A DNA stretch of 64,000 bases from the human T2T-CHM13v2.0 reference genome, Homo sapiens. Position 1 is the stretch's first letter. The number at the start of each line of letters is the position of its first letter. The position numbers and the translations under genes are program-made. Positions 1-16,531 of this stretch are shown here, piece after piece. The notes beneath the pieces are model-generated. The model saw only the letters and a program-made list of their open reading frames with translations, ran no database searches and was not told where the DNA came from. Location: the NCBI RefSeq assembly GCF_009914755.1, contig NC_060936.1. One strand, written 5' to 3'.

Positions 1-243
1 CAGCTCAAGAACAGAACAAATTTGCCCTTCCTCCACTTTCTTGTTCTATTCAGGCCCTCGAAGCCAGACTGAATGACACTCACCCACATGGGTGAGGACA
101 ATCTTCTTTACTCAGTCAACTAAGTCACATGTTAATCTCTTCCAGAAACACACTCAACAGACAGACCTAGAAATAATGTTTTACCACTTATCTGGTCATT
201 CTTTAGTCCAGTCAAGTTTGACACATAAAATTAGCCATCACAC
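1..243 (-). mobile_element. MLT2C/D-like ERVL LTR (partial)
   Basis: Ends in gtcaagtttgacacataaaattagccatcaca, the reverse complement of the MLT2 5' end. Confidence 0.7.
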
Positions 244-326
244 CACCTCAATCCTCTACACAAATTTGGCTGAAACTAGCTTGATAAGTCTTTCTATCAG
301 AGGCTTCAGTGGAAAAACTGACCAGG

Positions 327-707
327 TGATATGGTTTGGCTCTGCATCCCCACCCAAATCTCATCTCAAATTGTAATCCCCATGTGTCGAGGAAGGACCT
401 GTAATCCCCATCTGTCAACAGAGGAAGGTGATTGGATCATGGGGGTGGTTTCCCCCATGCTGTTCTCATGATAGTGAGTGAGTTCTCATGAGATCTGATG
501 CTTTTATAAGGGGCTCTTCCCCCTTTGCTTTCTCTGTCTCTCCTGCCGCCTTGTGAAGAAGGTGCCTGCTTCCCCTTCCATCATGACTGTAAGTTTCTTG
601 AGGCCTCTCCAGCCATGCAGAACTGTGAGTCAATTAAACGTCTTCCTTTTATAAATTACCCAGTCTCAGGGAAGTTATTTACAGCAGTGTGAAAATGGAT
701 TAATATA
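327..707 (+). mobile_element. THE1D/MSTA-like MaLR solo LTR
   Basis: tgatatggtttggct...gattaatata termini; perfect 5-bp TSD ccagg at 322-326 and 708-712. Confidence 0.9.
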
Positions 708-1179
708 CCAGGCAACTCCACAGACTCTGGGTATCTTCTTCAAGTGTTTCACAAATACAGTTTCCCAATCTTTACAGAACATGAGACTCCAAAAATAACC
801 AAATTCTCACTTCCCCTGCTCACACTCCCCCCAAAAAATCTACTCACCACAAACAAAGCAATCTAATCTGATAGTAGAAAAATCAAAATTAATGAACAGA
901 AAAAAATCTGTTTTGGAGATAAAAACCAGAGAACCACTGGAGAAGATGACATAAACAGTGAAAGATCACAGGATGGCTTTTCATCTTCATAACTCTGCCA
1001 TTAGTAAACAACACACACTAATATTTTGCTTCTATGAAAATCTCCTGTATAAATTTTCAAGGAAAAATTAGTAATATAAAAATACGAAAAATATAAACTT
1101 TTTTTTTTACTTCGAAAGTTTTTAATCTCTTAGACAAGTATAATTACAGCAAGCACTTTTCTACAAGTAACTTTAAGCT

Positions 1180-1432
1180 AATGGACATATAATGGATAAC
1201 AATAAGCATCCTAGAGTCAAGTTACCTGGGTTCAAGTGCCAGCTCTGCCACTTAGGTGCTGTGTGACCTTGAGAAAATCCCTTAACCTTTCCCTGCTCAG
1301 TTTCCTCCTCTATAAAATGTGGATAATAGCAGCTACCTGAGGGAGTTGTTATAATTAAATACATTAACATATAAAGCATTTAAAACAGTGCCTGACACAT
1401 AGCAAAATCTAAATAAGTGGTACTTATTATTA
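1180..1432 (+). mobile_element. MIR SINE
   Basis: Core cctgggttcaagtgccagctctgccactt...tgtgtgaccttg...ctcagtttcctc...tataaaatg. Confidence 0.85.
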
Positions 1433-1894
1433 CAAATGACCAAAAATTAAGTGACAGTAATTGGTACATCTAATCTCACCTAAATGTCTTTTCATTTAAT
1501 TGATGACTGTTCTCCTCACTAAGGACTTCTTTAATTCTTCCAACAGGTGATAAATTGTTACTAGGTTTAAGAGCCAAAGGATACATATTAAATTTTTTGC
1601 AAGACTCAATAAATATGGTTTTATAGCACTAAACACTTCTAACAAGAGTAGGAAAAAAAACATTTCAGGAAAAACGTTTTGTATTAAGAATAGGAAAGTC
1701 AACAGATTGATACCATTAATACCAATGGACATAATACTTAAGGCCCAAACCACACCATATTCCACTAGCATTTACTAAGTGTCAATTGTGTGACTGGTGT
1801 TTCCAAGATACTGGACATACAAAGAAGACAAGGACTCTATCCTTAAGGGCTCAGGGTGAGTATACAGGCAATACACAATTATGTTATGATGTAA

Positions 1895-2248
1895 ACTATG
1901 GTTTGAATGTGTCCCCCGAAGTTCATGTGTTGGGAACTTAATCCCCAATGCAATAGTGTTGAGAGGTGAGAAATTCAAGAGGTGATTAGGGTATGAAGGC
2001 TCTGCCCTTCTGAATGGATTAATGACATTAAGGTAGGAATGGGTTACTCATAAAAAGAATAAGTTCAGCCCCTCTTACCCCTTTTAACTTCCACCATGAG
2101 ATAACACAGCATGAAGGCCCTCACCAGATGCCACCCCTTGACCTTGGACCTCTCAGCCTCCAGAACTATAAAAAAAAAAAAATTCTTTTCCTTATAAATT
2201 ACTTAATCTGTGGCATTCTGCTATAGCAACATGAAATGGACTAAGACA
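1895..2248 (+). mobile_element. MLT1A/MST-type MaLR LTR
   Basis: ctatggtttgaatgtgtcccc...ggactaagaca termini. Confidence 0.8.
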
Positions 2249-3085
2249 ATGTATTATAACAGAAGTATGAGCAAAGTGCATTACAGGCAAAAGAAGAAAT
2301 CTGAACAAAGCCAAAGAAGCATGAAACTGCATAGCATATTTGGGGAATGGTAACTCACCTAATATGGCTTCAGCATTCCATCAAGACCTTACATTGCTCT
2401 TGTTTTTTCAAACATTAACTACCTGTCATGTGCAAGGCACCAAAGAAACAGACATGTAATCCATAGCCTCTGGGAAGGTAATATCTGTTTCAGGTGCTAA
2501 TGTATAAATAGAAGTTAGCTGCAAGAACAAAGGAGTAAGAGCATTCTAGGAAGGAGAAATGGCATATGCAAAGGCATTCTGAGAACCAGGAAGAGTTTAA
2601 CAAGTCTAAATCCATGGGAGGATCCCAAGATAAAGGCAGAGGTGGGATCATTAGATGTTTTGGATGCCAGGCTTTTATAACAAAAGTGACTAGTAATCAC
2701 TAAAGGATTTAAAATAAGATCATGACCAGATCTGTGTTTTAACAAAGCCCTTCTGATAGAAGGCCAGTAAGGAGTAATCCAGGAGGTAAAAGGGATAAGG
2801 AAATAGCATTAGTGATGGTGACAGAAAAAAAGGAAAGAACATATTCAAGAGGGTCTTCGATGAGAAAATTTGGTAAAAGTAAGGAAGAAGGAGATTCCTT
2901 GGATGGTGCCTTGAGTTTTTTCCTAATCCCTCTATCCCCCTAGTAGAAACATCTTCTCCTTTGAACCTATTTTATTTCTACGTTAGTGGACTTTTAGGGG
3001 GGTACCTATTTATTCATGTCTCCCTCCTCCTACTGGTAAACTCATTATGGGCAGAGACTGTGCCTTATCCCCCTTATATTCTTAG

Positions 3086-3319
3086 CAGGACCAGAACTAG
3101 GGTGAGGAGAGTGAGGCATTCAACTTCAGGTTCATGCTGGTACAAGGTTGAAATCTGTTTCTATTTAAAATTTTCATATTTTGTTCATCACAGACTTTTT
3201 GCATACATTTTGATTTTTTAAACATTAAATTAAAATATTGTATATTATTTAGTACTTTGGCACACTCTTAAATTTTATACCTGTGGCAAGTACCTCACTT
3301 ACCCCTAGTCAAAGACCTG
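3086..3319. mobile_element. hAT-type MITE (MER96B-like)
   Basis: Imperfect terminal inverted repeats caggaccagaactagggtgagg / cttacccctagtcaaagacctg; degenerate 8-bp TSD attcttag/atactcag. Confidence 0.6.
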
Positions 3320-3745
3320 ATACTCAGTGTCTTCCTGACATAGTACCTAACACAAGCAGGTACTTAAATGCATGTTGAATGAAGGAAAAGCAAACAAGTG
3401 GCATAAGCAACAAGATGGATGGTGGTGGGCCTTTTACAGAGACAGTGAATACAGGAAGAGCAAAAGACTCTAGAGGAACATGAGTTTATAATGCATGTCA
3501 GAAGCACTGCTTGGTGTATTACAGATTAATTTATTATTCAACACTGGAAGCATGTATAATAGGAAATATTAAAGGATGACATTACTCAAGGAATTGTTCT
3601 CAAGATATTTCCCCATTCTCTTTTTAAAACTTACACTAATATTTGAGGTATTGCAGCAATATCTAATTTCTTAGTTCAGCTTTTAAGTTAACATTTCTTA
3701 GGATGCCAAGATGAGATGCTTGTTACATATATGTACCATTAACAC

Positions 3746-4078
3746 TGCTATGGTATGAATGTTTGTGTTCCCCCAAAATTCATATGTTGAAATCCTAATC
3801 CCCAAGATAATGGTATTAAGAGGTGGAACCTTTTGGGAAGTAATCATGTCATGACAGCAAAGCCCTCACGAATGGCATTAGCACCTTTATTATAAAGGCC
3901 CCCGAAAAATGACTTGCATCTTCCACTATTTGAGGACACAGCTAGAAAGCACCATTTAAGAATCAGAGAGAGGGCCCTACCAGACACTTCCCAATCTCCA
4001 GAAGTCTGAGAAATGAATTGTTTATAAGCCACTCAGTCAATGGTATCTTATTATAGCTGCCCAAATAGACTAAAGACA
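3746..4078 (+). mobile_element. MLT1A0-like MaLR solo LTR
   Basis: tgctatggtatgaatgtttgtg...actaaagaca; 5-bp TSD aacac on both sides. Confidence 0.85.
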
Positions 4079-5500
4079 AACACAGTCTTTGATATGACTT
4101 CATCAAACGGCACCCACATCACTCTATTTCTGTATCCTTGCTCACTTTTCTTCATAGCATTTATCACTACTAGATGCAGTATAAGTTAGTTATTTTTCTT
4201 CCCCCTTTAAAAAAGATTCACTCCATGAGAACACAGAATTTTTCTGTTTTGTTCATAGTTGTATCCCCAGCACCTAGAATAAATGCCATTGAAGGTCATG
4301 ACAAAGAGTGCGAGGGTGGCTGGGGGCTGGCTTACACTGGAGCAGAAATAAGACAAAGAAAATAAATTAAACCCTCTGTGGATACAAAACTAGAGCTAGG
4401 CGCTCACAAGAATTTAACAGAAAGCCCTAGGAGCCAAAAACAAAGATGCAATTGCAAACCAGAGCAATAAGCTTGGGAGCTTACCTGTAGTCACCTTGGG
4501 AAGTAACCAGTGGGCTTGGGTTTAATAGCCTTTGGCCAGATGAGATTCAAATCTCTGGATAAAGCTGATACCCTCAAAGGATTACATACTTGGCTATCAC
4601 TGGCATACCAGAAGATAAAAGGAAACTTGCATTTCTCAGCCTGGGCTCCGGGAAGAATAAAAAAGTCTCCCTGAGAATTCTTAAATATGACCTAGCCTCC
4701 TATCTTTGGGGCTTTAAATTTATACCACCCAGATGGTCTTGGACTCCCAAGCCAAGAAAGTATATAGTGGTTCTGGGTGTGATAGTTATCAATGTATTTT
4801 CTCACAGCTCCCAATGCACCCTTCTTTGTCTTGCTTTATATATTGGAGCTGGACCCTACGAGCATTTTCCTTTGACTTCTGGCTCAATGTTAAGCTTCGT
4901 CAAAAGGAGGGACAAGGCTGATCAGCCCATTGAAAAAAAGGTAAGTGATTCCAAACAAACTAGTTTTACTTATTAAATATAATAAAACATAAAATATTTG
5001 TTTCTGAAAACCTAACAGAAAGTTAATACATAGAATTGTCATCCAATATGAACATTTCCAATGGTAGGGCTGGCCTTAAGTCAAGCTTAATTTTTCATAT
5101 ACTGAAACATTACCCATCTAACATTTGAACAGATTTTTTATCTGATTCTCATCTAACTCAATAGCTGTTATCTTTGAAGATTTATAGCCTCACACCTAAT
5201 GGATAGCTTTTAAGTAGTTTTTTAGGCCAGTGGGCCCCAGATTCATTTATCATAAGATTGGTTGCCTATATATCCCATTTCACATTCCAAATATCTTCCC
5301 ATTTTATAGAATGATAAAGGGTTATATGCATTTTGGATATAGTAAGAATGAAAATCATTGAGAAAAACCTGGGTTGCCAATTTATATATTTAATGCTTAT
5401 CAGTTAAACTTTAACTTGCTCTATAGTAACTTTAACTTGCTTATATTAGGACTGCAAAGTACAAAACATACTCCAACCCAGATTCTAGCAAGTACCACCT

Positions 5501-5965
5501 TGCGAAGGTTAATTTTATCTGTCAATTTAAGGTCCCCAGATACTTAGTCAAACATTATTTGGTGAAGGTGTTTAAATCGGTAGACTGAGTAAAGCAGGCT
5601 GCCCTCCCTAACATGGTAAGCCTCATCCAATTAGTTGAAAGTCTGGATAGAACAAAAAAGTTGACCTTCTCTTGAATAAGAAAAAATTCTTCCAGCCCAA
5701 CTGCCTTTAAAATGGGATATCAGTTTTTTCCTGCCTTCTGACTTGAACTGAAACATCAGCTCTTCCTGGGTCTCAGGCCTGCTGGTCTTCAGAATGGAAC
5801 CACATCGCTGGCTCTCCTGTATCTCCAGCTTGCAGATCTTGCATCCTGCAGGTCTTGGAACTTGTCAGCCTCCATAGTCACACAAGCCAATTCCTTATAA
5901 TAAATGCCTTTATATACATATGCACATATCCTATTGGCTCTGTTTCTCTGGAGAACCCTAATACA
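5501..5965 (+). mobile_element. MLT2D-like ERVL solo LTR
   Basis: ggttaattttatctgtcaa...tagactgagtaaagcag...ctctggagaaccctaataca. Confidence 0.8.
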
Positions 5966-6861
5966 CACTGCAAATGACCTCTTATTAACTCCTGCTAAAG
6001 CATCCCGCCTAAATAGCTACAAATGTTCCAGACCTTTCCCTTTCTCCTCTCATTTCAAAAGGTAAAAGTATTGTGTTTACTATCTTGTCTTCTCATTGTC
6101 CCCATTCCCCCATGCTACTACCTTGTGGAAACACATTCCTACCCCACCTCTGTAATTCTGTGGTTAGAACATGAGCTTTGAAATCCTGCCTACCCTCTGG
6201 ATTACAGTTGTTTGGCTGGATATCCTCCAAGCTGAGCCAATCAGAAGCCATAAATGTAAATTAGATTTTTGAAATTTGTATTTAGAAACTGAAAGAGAGT
6301 TGATTGAAGTCCCTCTCTGCCAACAACCATGTGTGGGAGTTAGGCCTAAGAAAATGAAGGAGACACACTGAAACAGAGGTAAAAGCTGAAAGAAAAAAAA
6401 ATAGCATCCTACTGATACCTAATTCCCTCATTTATACCTGAAGCTTAGCCTCACCCTGTCTTTCCCTGACCCCTTTACAGTAGTCAATAAATTCCCTTTT
6501 GGCCTAAACTGGTTTGAATTCGGTTTCAGTCAGTCACAACTAGAGAAGACACAGTAAATTCCTACTGCATGTAAATCATTACAGAAATCTGTGAATTATA
6601 TTAAAAATAACCAAACTTAGTTATTCAAATGTTTTCTAAAATCTGTTTGCCATAAATTGATATTATTCAAAAATATATATATGTTCCATATTTGTCCTAG
6701 AAACATTAACATTGAAGCTACTTAAAATGCAAAGATTGCCTAGGAAGAATGTCTCTTTGCTTGTTTTTACAAGGGACTTATCAAATTAGAAAGCAAAATT
6801 AGAAATCATAATGAGTTCCATGTTCTCTGGTGAACACTATGAGGTACCATTAAAAATGTTA

Positions 6862-7053
<192 letters not shown>

Positions 7054-7493
7054 TTAAGTTTGTACTATTTTTATAAATTAATTTTAATTTTAAAAAACAC
7101 TTTAACTGCTATATAAAAATAATACTATAACTAAAAATATTGTAATCTGAATCTTTAAGGAAAACCATACAAATTTACTAAATGAGGTTATCATTACCAA
7201 ATATCTTCTTGGCACTTTTAAGTTTTAAATTGAGTGTTTTCTTAGCTGGTTGAAGGCTGAAATTCATTATCTTCTTATAGAACTCTTGTTATATAGAAAA
7301 CACTTAATTATGAAGTAGTTATTCATACACATGAAAGATAAACTGGTCCTGAATTTCCTCCTCAATAATATAAATGTTATCCTAAGAAACAGGAAAAAAA
7401 TGGTGGCTTGGGTAATTAAAATTCAGAGATAAACACAATCTTCAGTACCCAAATTCAATTGAATTCAAAGTCTTCAACCACCTATTATTTTAT

Positions 7494-7810
<317 letters not shown>

Positions 7811-8444
7811 TCACCTATTATTTTATAAAGCTGCTGACAAATATTAAAGTTTTAATAGTTGTTTTCTCTAATTTGATTGCCCTTATAGATTTTCCTGAAT
7901 GATGTGCTAAGTAGCATAATTGTGAATAAGCAGAAAGTAAGAGAGAATATAAAAAGCTAACACACATATACACTTCAAAAACAAACTTGATGAGAACTTA
8001 GTCACAAAGGGTATAAACCCTCTCAGGATCGTAACTCCAGGTGACTTTTCTTTTTCACTCTTACTAATTTTACCAACTACGAAAGGGAATCAGATAATCC
8101 TAGAATAGGTAAGAGAGGAAAAGCAGGCTTGGAAGTGATCAACAGACTCTATATAAGGCCACTAAAGGAACTAGGGAGTGATAAGTAAACTAGTTAGTAG
8201 AAGTATTAATAAAAATTTCAGGCCCCAGAATCATGCTCACAGATTGGAAAGGTTAGATTTTTCTGTTGCTTTAATATTATAGAATTGCAGGAAATATTAT
8301 AAGCTTCATTTGTCCAACAGCATCATGAGAACAGGTAATGAATACAATATTTCAGGTTCAGCTCACAGAACTAATTTTCATAAATTCTTATATAAGTGAA
8401 AAACCTCTTATCCTATTGCAATGTTCTCAATCTCATTGCCATTA

Positions 8445-10594
<2,150 letters not shown>

Positions 10595-10874
10595 AAGAGA
10601 ATGACAGAGGGATTACCAAAACAGAAAGGGTACACATGCTGATAGTAATATCCAATTCACAAATATTCCTCTACGCAGTTCTAACCCAGGAAATATGTCT
10701 TGTAATTATGAAACTTTGATATTTTCTGCTATATAGAAGCATTCATTCTAAACAGTGAAATATTCTAAAAAGTTTTGAGTCTATATTAAGGAGAACATTT
10801 TAATTACTGTGTCTATCAAAATAAAATTAGAGTTAATATAAGCAACATCAATGAAAGGTTTGTGGAAAAGAATG

Positions 10875-13800
10875 TTTTATTTTTATGGGTACATAGTGTA
10901 TGTATTTATGGGGTACATGAGAAATTTTGATACAGAAATACAGTGTGTAATAATCACATCAGGGTAAACAGGGTATCCATCACCTCAAGCATTTATTTCT
11001 TTGTGTTACAAACATTCCAATTATACTCTAGTTATTTTAAAATATATAATAAATTAATGTTGACTGTAGTCACCCTGTTGTGCTATCAAATACTAGGTCT
11101 TATTCATTCCCTCTAATTATATTTTTGTACCCATTAACCATCCCCACTGCCCTACTCCCCTTCCCAGCCTCTGGTAACCATCATCCTACTCTCTTATATT
11201 CATGAGTTCAATTGTTTTCATTTTTAGCTTCAACAAATGAGTGAGAACATGCAAAGTTTCTCTTTCTGTGCCTGGCTTATTTCACTTGACATAATGTCTT
11301 CCAATTCCATCCATGTTGTTGCAAATTACAGGATCTCATTATTTACAATTGAATAATACTACATTGTGTATACGTGACACATTTTCTTCATCTATTTGTC
11401 TGTTGATGGACACTTAGGTTGATTCCAAATTTTGGCTATTGGGAATAGTGCTGCAATAAACATGGGGGTGCAAATATGTCTTTGATATATTGATTTCTTT
11501 TCTTTTGGGCATATACTTAGCAATGGGATTGCTGGATCATATGGTATTTCTCTATATTTCTAGTTGTTTGAGGAGCCTCCATACTGTTCTCCATAGTGGC
11601 TCTACTAATTTACATTCCCACCAACAGCATACAAATGTTCCCTTTTCTCCACATCTTCTCCAGCATTCATTATTGCCTGTCTTTTGGAGGTAAGCCATTG
11701 TAACTGGGGTGAAATGATATCTCCTTGTAGTTTTGATTTGCATTTCTCTGATGATCAGTGATGTTGAACATCTTTTCATATGCCTGTCTGCCATTTGTAT
11801 GTCTTCTTTTGATAAATGTCTTTTCAAATATTTTGCCAATATTTTAATTGAATTACTAGATTTTTTTCCCATAGAGTTGTTTGAGCTCCTTATATATTCT
11901 GGTTATTAATCCCTTGTCAGATGGATAGTTTGCAAATATTTTCTCTCATTCTGTGGATTGTCTCTTCATTGTTTCCTTTACTGTGCAGAAGCTTTTTAAC
12001 TTGATGTGATCCCATTTGTCCATGTTTGCTTTGGTTGCCTGTGCTTGTGAGGTATTACTCAAGAAATCTTTGCCCAGTCCAATGTCCTGAAGAGTTTCTA
12101 CAAAATTTTCTTGTACCAATTTCATAGTCTGGGGTCTTAAAGTCTTTAATCCATTCTGATTTGATTTTTTTAGATGGCAAGAGATAGGGGTCCAGTTTCA
12201 TTCTTGTGCATATGGATATCAAGTTTTCCCAGCACCATTTACTGAAGAGACTGTCTTTTTCCCCAATGTACGTTCTGGCACCTTTGTCAAAAATGAGTTC
12301 ACTGTAGGTGTGTGGATTTGTTTCTGGGTTCTCTATTCTGTTCCATTGGTCTGTGTCTGTTTTTATGCCAGTACTGTGCTGTGTTGGTCACTATAGCTCT
12401 GTAGTATAATTTGAATTCAGATAATGTGATTCCTCCGGTTTTGTTCATTTTGCTTGGGATGGCTTTGTCTATTTTGGGTCCTTTGTGGTTCCATATAAAT
12501 TTTAGGATTATTTTTTATGTTTCTGTGAAGAATATCACTGGTATTTTGATAGGGATTACATTGAATCTGTAGACTGCTTTGGGTAGTATGGACATTTTGA
12601 CAATAGTGATTCTTCCAATCCATGAACATGAAATATTTTTCCATTTTTCCATGTCCTCTTCAATTTCTTGCATCAGTGTTGTATAGTTTTCACTGTAGAG
12701 ATCTTTCACATCTTTGGTTAAGTTTATTCCTGGGTATTTTTTTATGAGATTACTTTCTTGATTTCTTTTTAAGACTGTTCACCCTGGCATATAGAACACT
12801 ACTGATTTTTTATGTTGGTTTTGTATTCTGCAACTTTACTGAATGTGTTTATCAGTTCTAATAGTTTTTTGGTGGGGGCTTCAGGTTTTTCTAAATATAA
12901 GACTATATCATCTGCAAACAAGGATAATTTGACTTCTTCCTTTCCATTTTGGATGCTCTTTCTTTCTTTCTCTTGTCTGATTGCTTAGCTGGGACTTGCA
13001 GTACCATGTTGAATAACAGTAGTGAAAGGAAGCATCTTTGTCTTGTTCTAGATTTTATGGGAAAGGTTTTCCATTTTTCCCCATTCAGTAAGATACTAGC
13101 TGTGGGTCTGTTGTATATTGCTTTTACTGTGTTCAAGTATGTTCCTTCTATTCCAAGTGTTTTGAGGGTTTTATCATGAAGGGATGTTGAATTTTATCAA
13201 ATGTTTTTTCAGTATCAAATGAAATGATCATATAGTTTTTCTCAGTATCTAATGAAATGATCATATAGTTTTTGTCCTTCATTCTGTTGATATGATGTAT
13301 CACAGTGATTGATCTGTGCATGTTGAACCATCCTTACCTCCCTGGGATAAATCCCACTTGGTCATGATAAATGATCTTTTTGATGTGTTGTTAGATTTGG
13401 CTTGCTAGTGTTTTGTTGAGGATTTCTGCATCAATGTTCATCAGTAATACTGGCCTGTAGTTTTCTTTTTTTGATGTATCTTTGTCTGGTTTTGGTATCA
13501 AGGTAATACTGACCTTGCAGAATGAACCTGGAAGGAGAAACTACTTCCATTTTTCAGAATAGTTTGAGTAGAGCTGGTATTAATTTTTCTTTAAATGTTT
13601 GGTAAAATTTAGCAGTGAAGTCATTGGATCCTGGGCTTCTCTTTGCTGGGAGACTTTTTATTACAGCTCAGTCTTGTCAGTTGTTATTGGTCTGTTCAAG
13701 TTTTGGATTTCTTCATGGTTAAATCTTGGTAGGGTATGTGATTAGGAATTTATCCATTTCTTCTAACTATTCCAATTTTTTTGGTATATAGCTGCTCACA

Positions 13801-13940
13801 CTAGTCTCTAATGATCTTTTGAATTTCTGCAGTATACATCATAATGTCTGTTTTTTCATCTCTGATTTTACTGGATCTTCTCTTTTTCTTAGTCTGGCTA
13901 AAGGTTTCCCAATTTTGTTTATCTTTCGAAAACCAACTTG
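10875..13940 (-). mobile_element. L1MA2-like LINE-1, 5'-truncated, degraded
   Basis: L1MA 3' UTR (gggtacatag...gtatccatcacctcaagcattt) and ORF2 remnants with stops; degenerate TSD gtggaaaagaat/gtgaaaaagatt. Confidence 0.9.
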
Positions 13941-14554
13941 GTGAAAAAGATTAAATTCAGTAGGTCTTAAATACTTTGGTACTTTAGGAGATTAATACAA
14001 AAAAGAAAAAAAGACATGGATTCTTCAAACATCTCACAATGAAGAGAGGATAAACACATTAATTTTGTATATAAAGGAGGGAGGAGATATGTACATAAAT
14101 GCTTGTCTAAGTATAGAATCTCTACAGAAGGATATGTGAAAACCAAAAAGAATGATTGCCTTTGGGTCAGAGGACTGGGGGACTGGTGATCTGGGATAAG
14201 AGCACTTAATTTTCATTATATACTATTTCCCACTGTTGGAATATTTGAATGTATATACAGTCCTTTCTATTCCGATAAATAAATTAAAAAGCATAAACCA
14301 TATATAAAATAACTTTTACAAAACAAAGTTACACGTAAGAGATATAAATTACACTTGATATTCAAAGGATAGAAAGATCCTATTCACCTACAGAAGCAGA
14401 GTAAGTACCAATAAGGGGGTGGTCCATGAGATGGATGGGTAGAATAGATATATAACAAAAATCATTCCAGGGAAGAGAACACCTGACTATAGCCACAAAG
14501 TTGGGAAGGGATGGGGCGTGTTTAGAAAAGTGATAGTTTAGAAGCTTAGGCTGC

Positions 14555-15490
14555 ATATAAGGATGTGTTCTTTTTCTGTAGATGCCTGACAAAAAAAAAA
14601 AAAAAAAACTATACAGTTAGCATCTTAAAGAACGCACATTTACCATCTCACAGGTTTTGTGGTCAGGAGTCTGAATTAGCTAGGTCCTCTACACAGGGTC
14701 TCACAGGCTGAAATCAAAATGTCCACCAAGACTATGGTTTCCTCTTAAGCATAGGGCCCTCTTTTAACATCACTGGTTGCTGACATAATTCATTTCCCTG
14801 CAGTTTTAAGACAGACACTCACCCATTTTCTTGCTGTCAGTCAGGAGCCACTCTCAACTTCTAGATGCCACCAGCGATTCCCTGCCTAGTAGTCCCTCAA
14901 TAAGCCCTCTAATGCTCCCAAGATTTGAATCTTTCTAACTTCAGAGAAAACCCAATCCCTTTTAAAGGCTCACTTGATTAGATCAGGCCCACCCAGATAA
15001 TGGCCCTCTTAACTGACTTAAAGTCAACTGATTAGTGACCTCATCACAAGTGACTCTACAGGATGTGTACCCTATAGGATGACGTATTAGTCCATTCTCA
15101 CATTGCTATAAGGAAATACCTGACACTGGATAACTGGATAATTTATAAAGAAAAGAAGTTTAATTGACTCACAGTTCCGCATGGCTGAGGCCTCAGGAAA
15201 CTTACAATCATGGCAGAAGGCACCTCCTCACAGGGCAGCAGGAGAAAGAATGAGTGCAAGCAGGGGAAATGCCAGATGTTTATAAAATGATCAGATTTTG
15301 CGAGACTCACTATCACAAGAACAGCATGGGGGAAACCAACCCCATGATCTGATTACCTCCACCTGGTCCTGCCCTGGATGTATGGGGATTATGAGGATTA
15401 CAATCCAAGGTGAGATTTGGGTGGGGACATGGAGCCAAACCATATCAGGTGAGAATCTTGGGAGCCATCCTAGAATTCTGCCAAGCATAG
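14555..15490 (-). mobile_element. MLT1H-like LTR interrupted by a THE1D/MSTA LTR (15083-15447)
   Basis: Nested LTR gtattagtccattctcac...aaccatatca with TSD gatga/ggtga; the MLT1 sequence resumes afterwards. Confidence 0.75.
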
Positions 15491-15608
15491 CTGGTAACAG
15501 AAGATGAGAACAAAAATTCTCAAAAGCTAAGCCAAAATTAAATAGTTTTCCATCCTATATTTCTGTCTCCAAACGTTATGCTACTTGTAAAATACACAGG
15601 GATAATTA

Positions 15609-15734
15609 GGCCAGGCACAGTGGCTCACACCTGTAATCCCAGCACTTTGGGAGGTCAAGATGGGAGGATCACTTGAGGCCAGGAGTTCAGGACCAGCCTG
15701 GCCAATATGGCAAGACCCCATCTCTTAAAAAAAT
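15609..15734 (+). mobile_element. FLAM/left Alu monomer
   Basis: ggccaggcacagtggctcac...ccatctcttaaaaaaa. Confidence 0.85.
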
Positions 15735-16084
15735 GGATAATTACAGTTGCAACTGAGAAACCTCCCATATTTGGTAACTGTCTACTCTTTGGCTATTTGT
15801 GGTACTCATTTATTATAAGGCCTATGTTACTGACTGGGAATATCTACTTCTCCCTTCGCAGTCTTTTATTCAATATAAACCATTCCTACCTCTGTTTGCT
15901 GTACTCTTGGCTGCCTTGTCTGTTACTTTTAGATTAATATTTAACTTACTAAGGTCCTCCTCACTCCACAAAGACCTAGCCTCTTTATTACTTTTTTCCC
16001 GCTATTTTCAGCCATTACTTTTGTGACCTTGCATAAATTCACACTAGAAAAGTGTAAGTATTCAATGGTTATATAGCTTCCAAC

Positions 16085-16531
16085 TTTGTTTTTGCAGTTT
16101 TATAACCTTATTTGATGTATTCAATGATCAGTAGTTTGTTCTCATCTACACTGAATGACTATAGATTTTTTAAAGTGGAAACAGGTACATAGGTAACCAA
16201 AGTATACAGCTTGCTTGGGAACCTTCATCCTCATTATGTTTCTGGACAACCACATATGGATACAGTATGGGACATCCCTTAACCTTAGGCCTAGTCAGCT
16301 TTGTTGAACCTGTTATCAATACGCACATCTGGAGTTCCCATCTCCTTCATGATGGCAAATTTCTGGATCTCTCTGAGTGCCCCAGGGGCATGCTTCTTGA
16401 AGCCCACTCATGGATGTGCTTCTGAGTGTTGATGGTGTATTCTTGTGTCACCACCTCATTGACAGCAGGAGAGCCCTTCTTCTTCCCACCCTTCTCTGCA
16501 GGGGCCATTCTGCCAGGCCAAAGTTGGAAAG
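16085..16531 (-). pseudogene. RPL31P: Processed pseudogene of ribosomal protein L31 (eL31)
   Basis: Intronless. 5' UTR remnant ctttccaactttggcctggcaga, then ATG (16508) [27 protein letters not shown]...; downstream frame [10 protein letters not shown]...VTYVPV...VDEN. Lesions: a 1-nt frameshift after HIH, an internal TAG and loss of the native stop. Poly(A) remnant and degenerate TSD tagcttccaactt/taacctccatctt. Confidence 0.95.

Noticed and set aside
4590-4976. 128-aa ORF and other 60-130 aa track ORFs
   Set aside because: No recognisable homology, mostly non-ATG starts, and largely within Alu/L1/L2/LTR remnants. Expected by chance.
5407-5445. Short tandem duplications (aactttaacttgct x2; also tatcagtgcta x2-3 at ~26810-26838)
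   Set aside because: Ordinary slippage products with no sign of function.
16078-16529. 10-bp inverted repeat ttccaacttt / aaagttggaa flanking the RPL31 retrocopy
   Set aside because: One arm is the RPL31 5' UTR and the other overlaps the TSD/poly(A). Most likely coincidence, not transposon TIRs.
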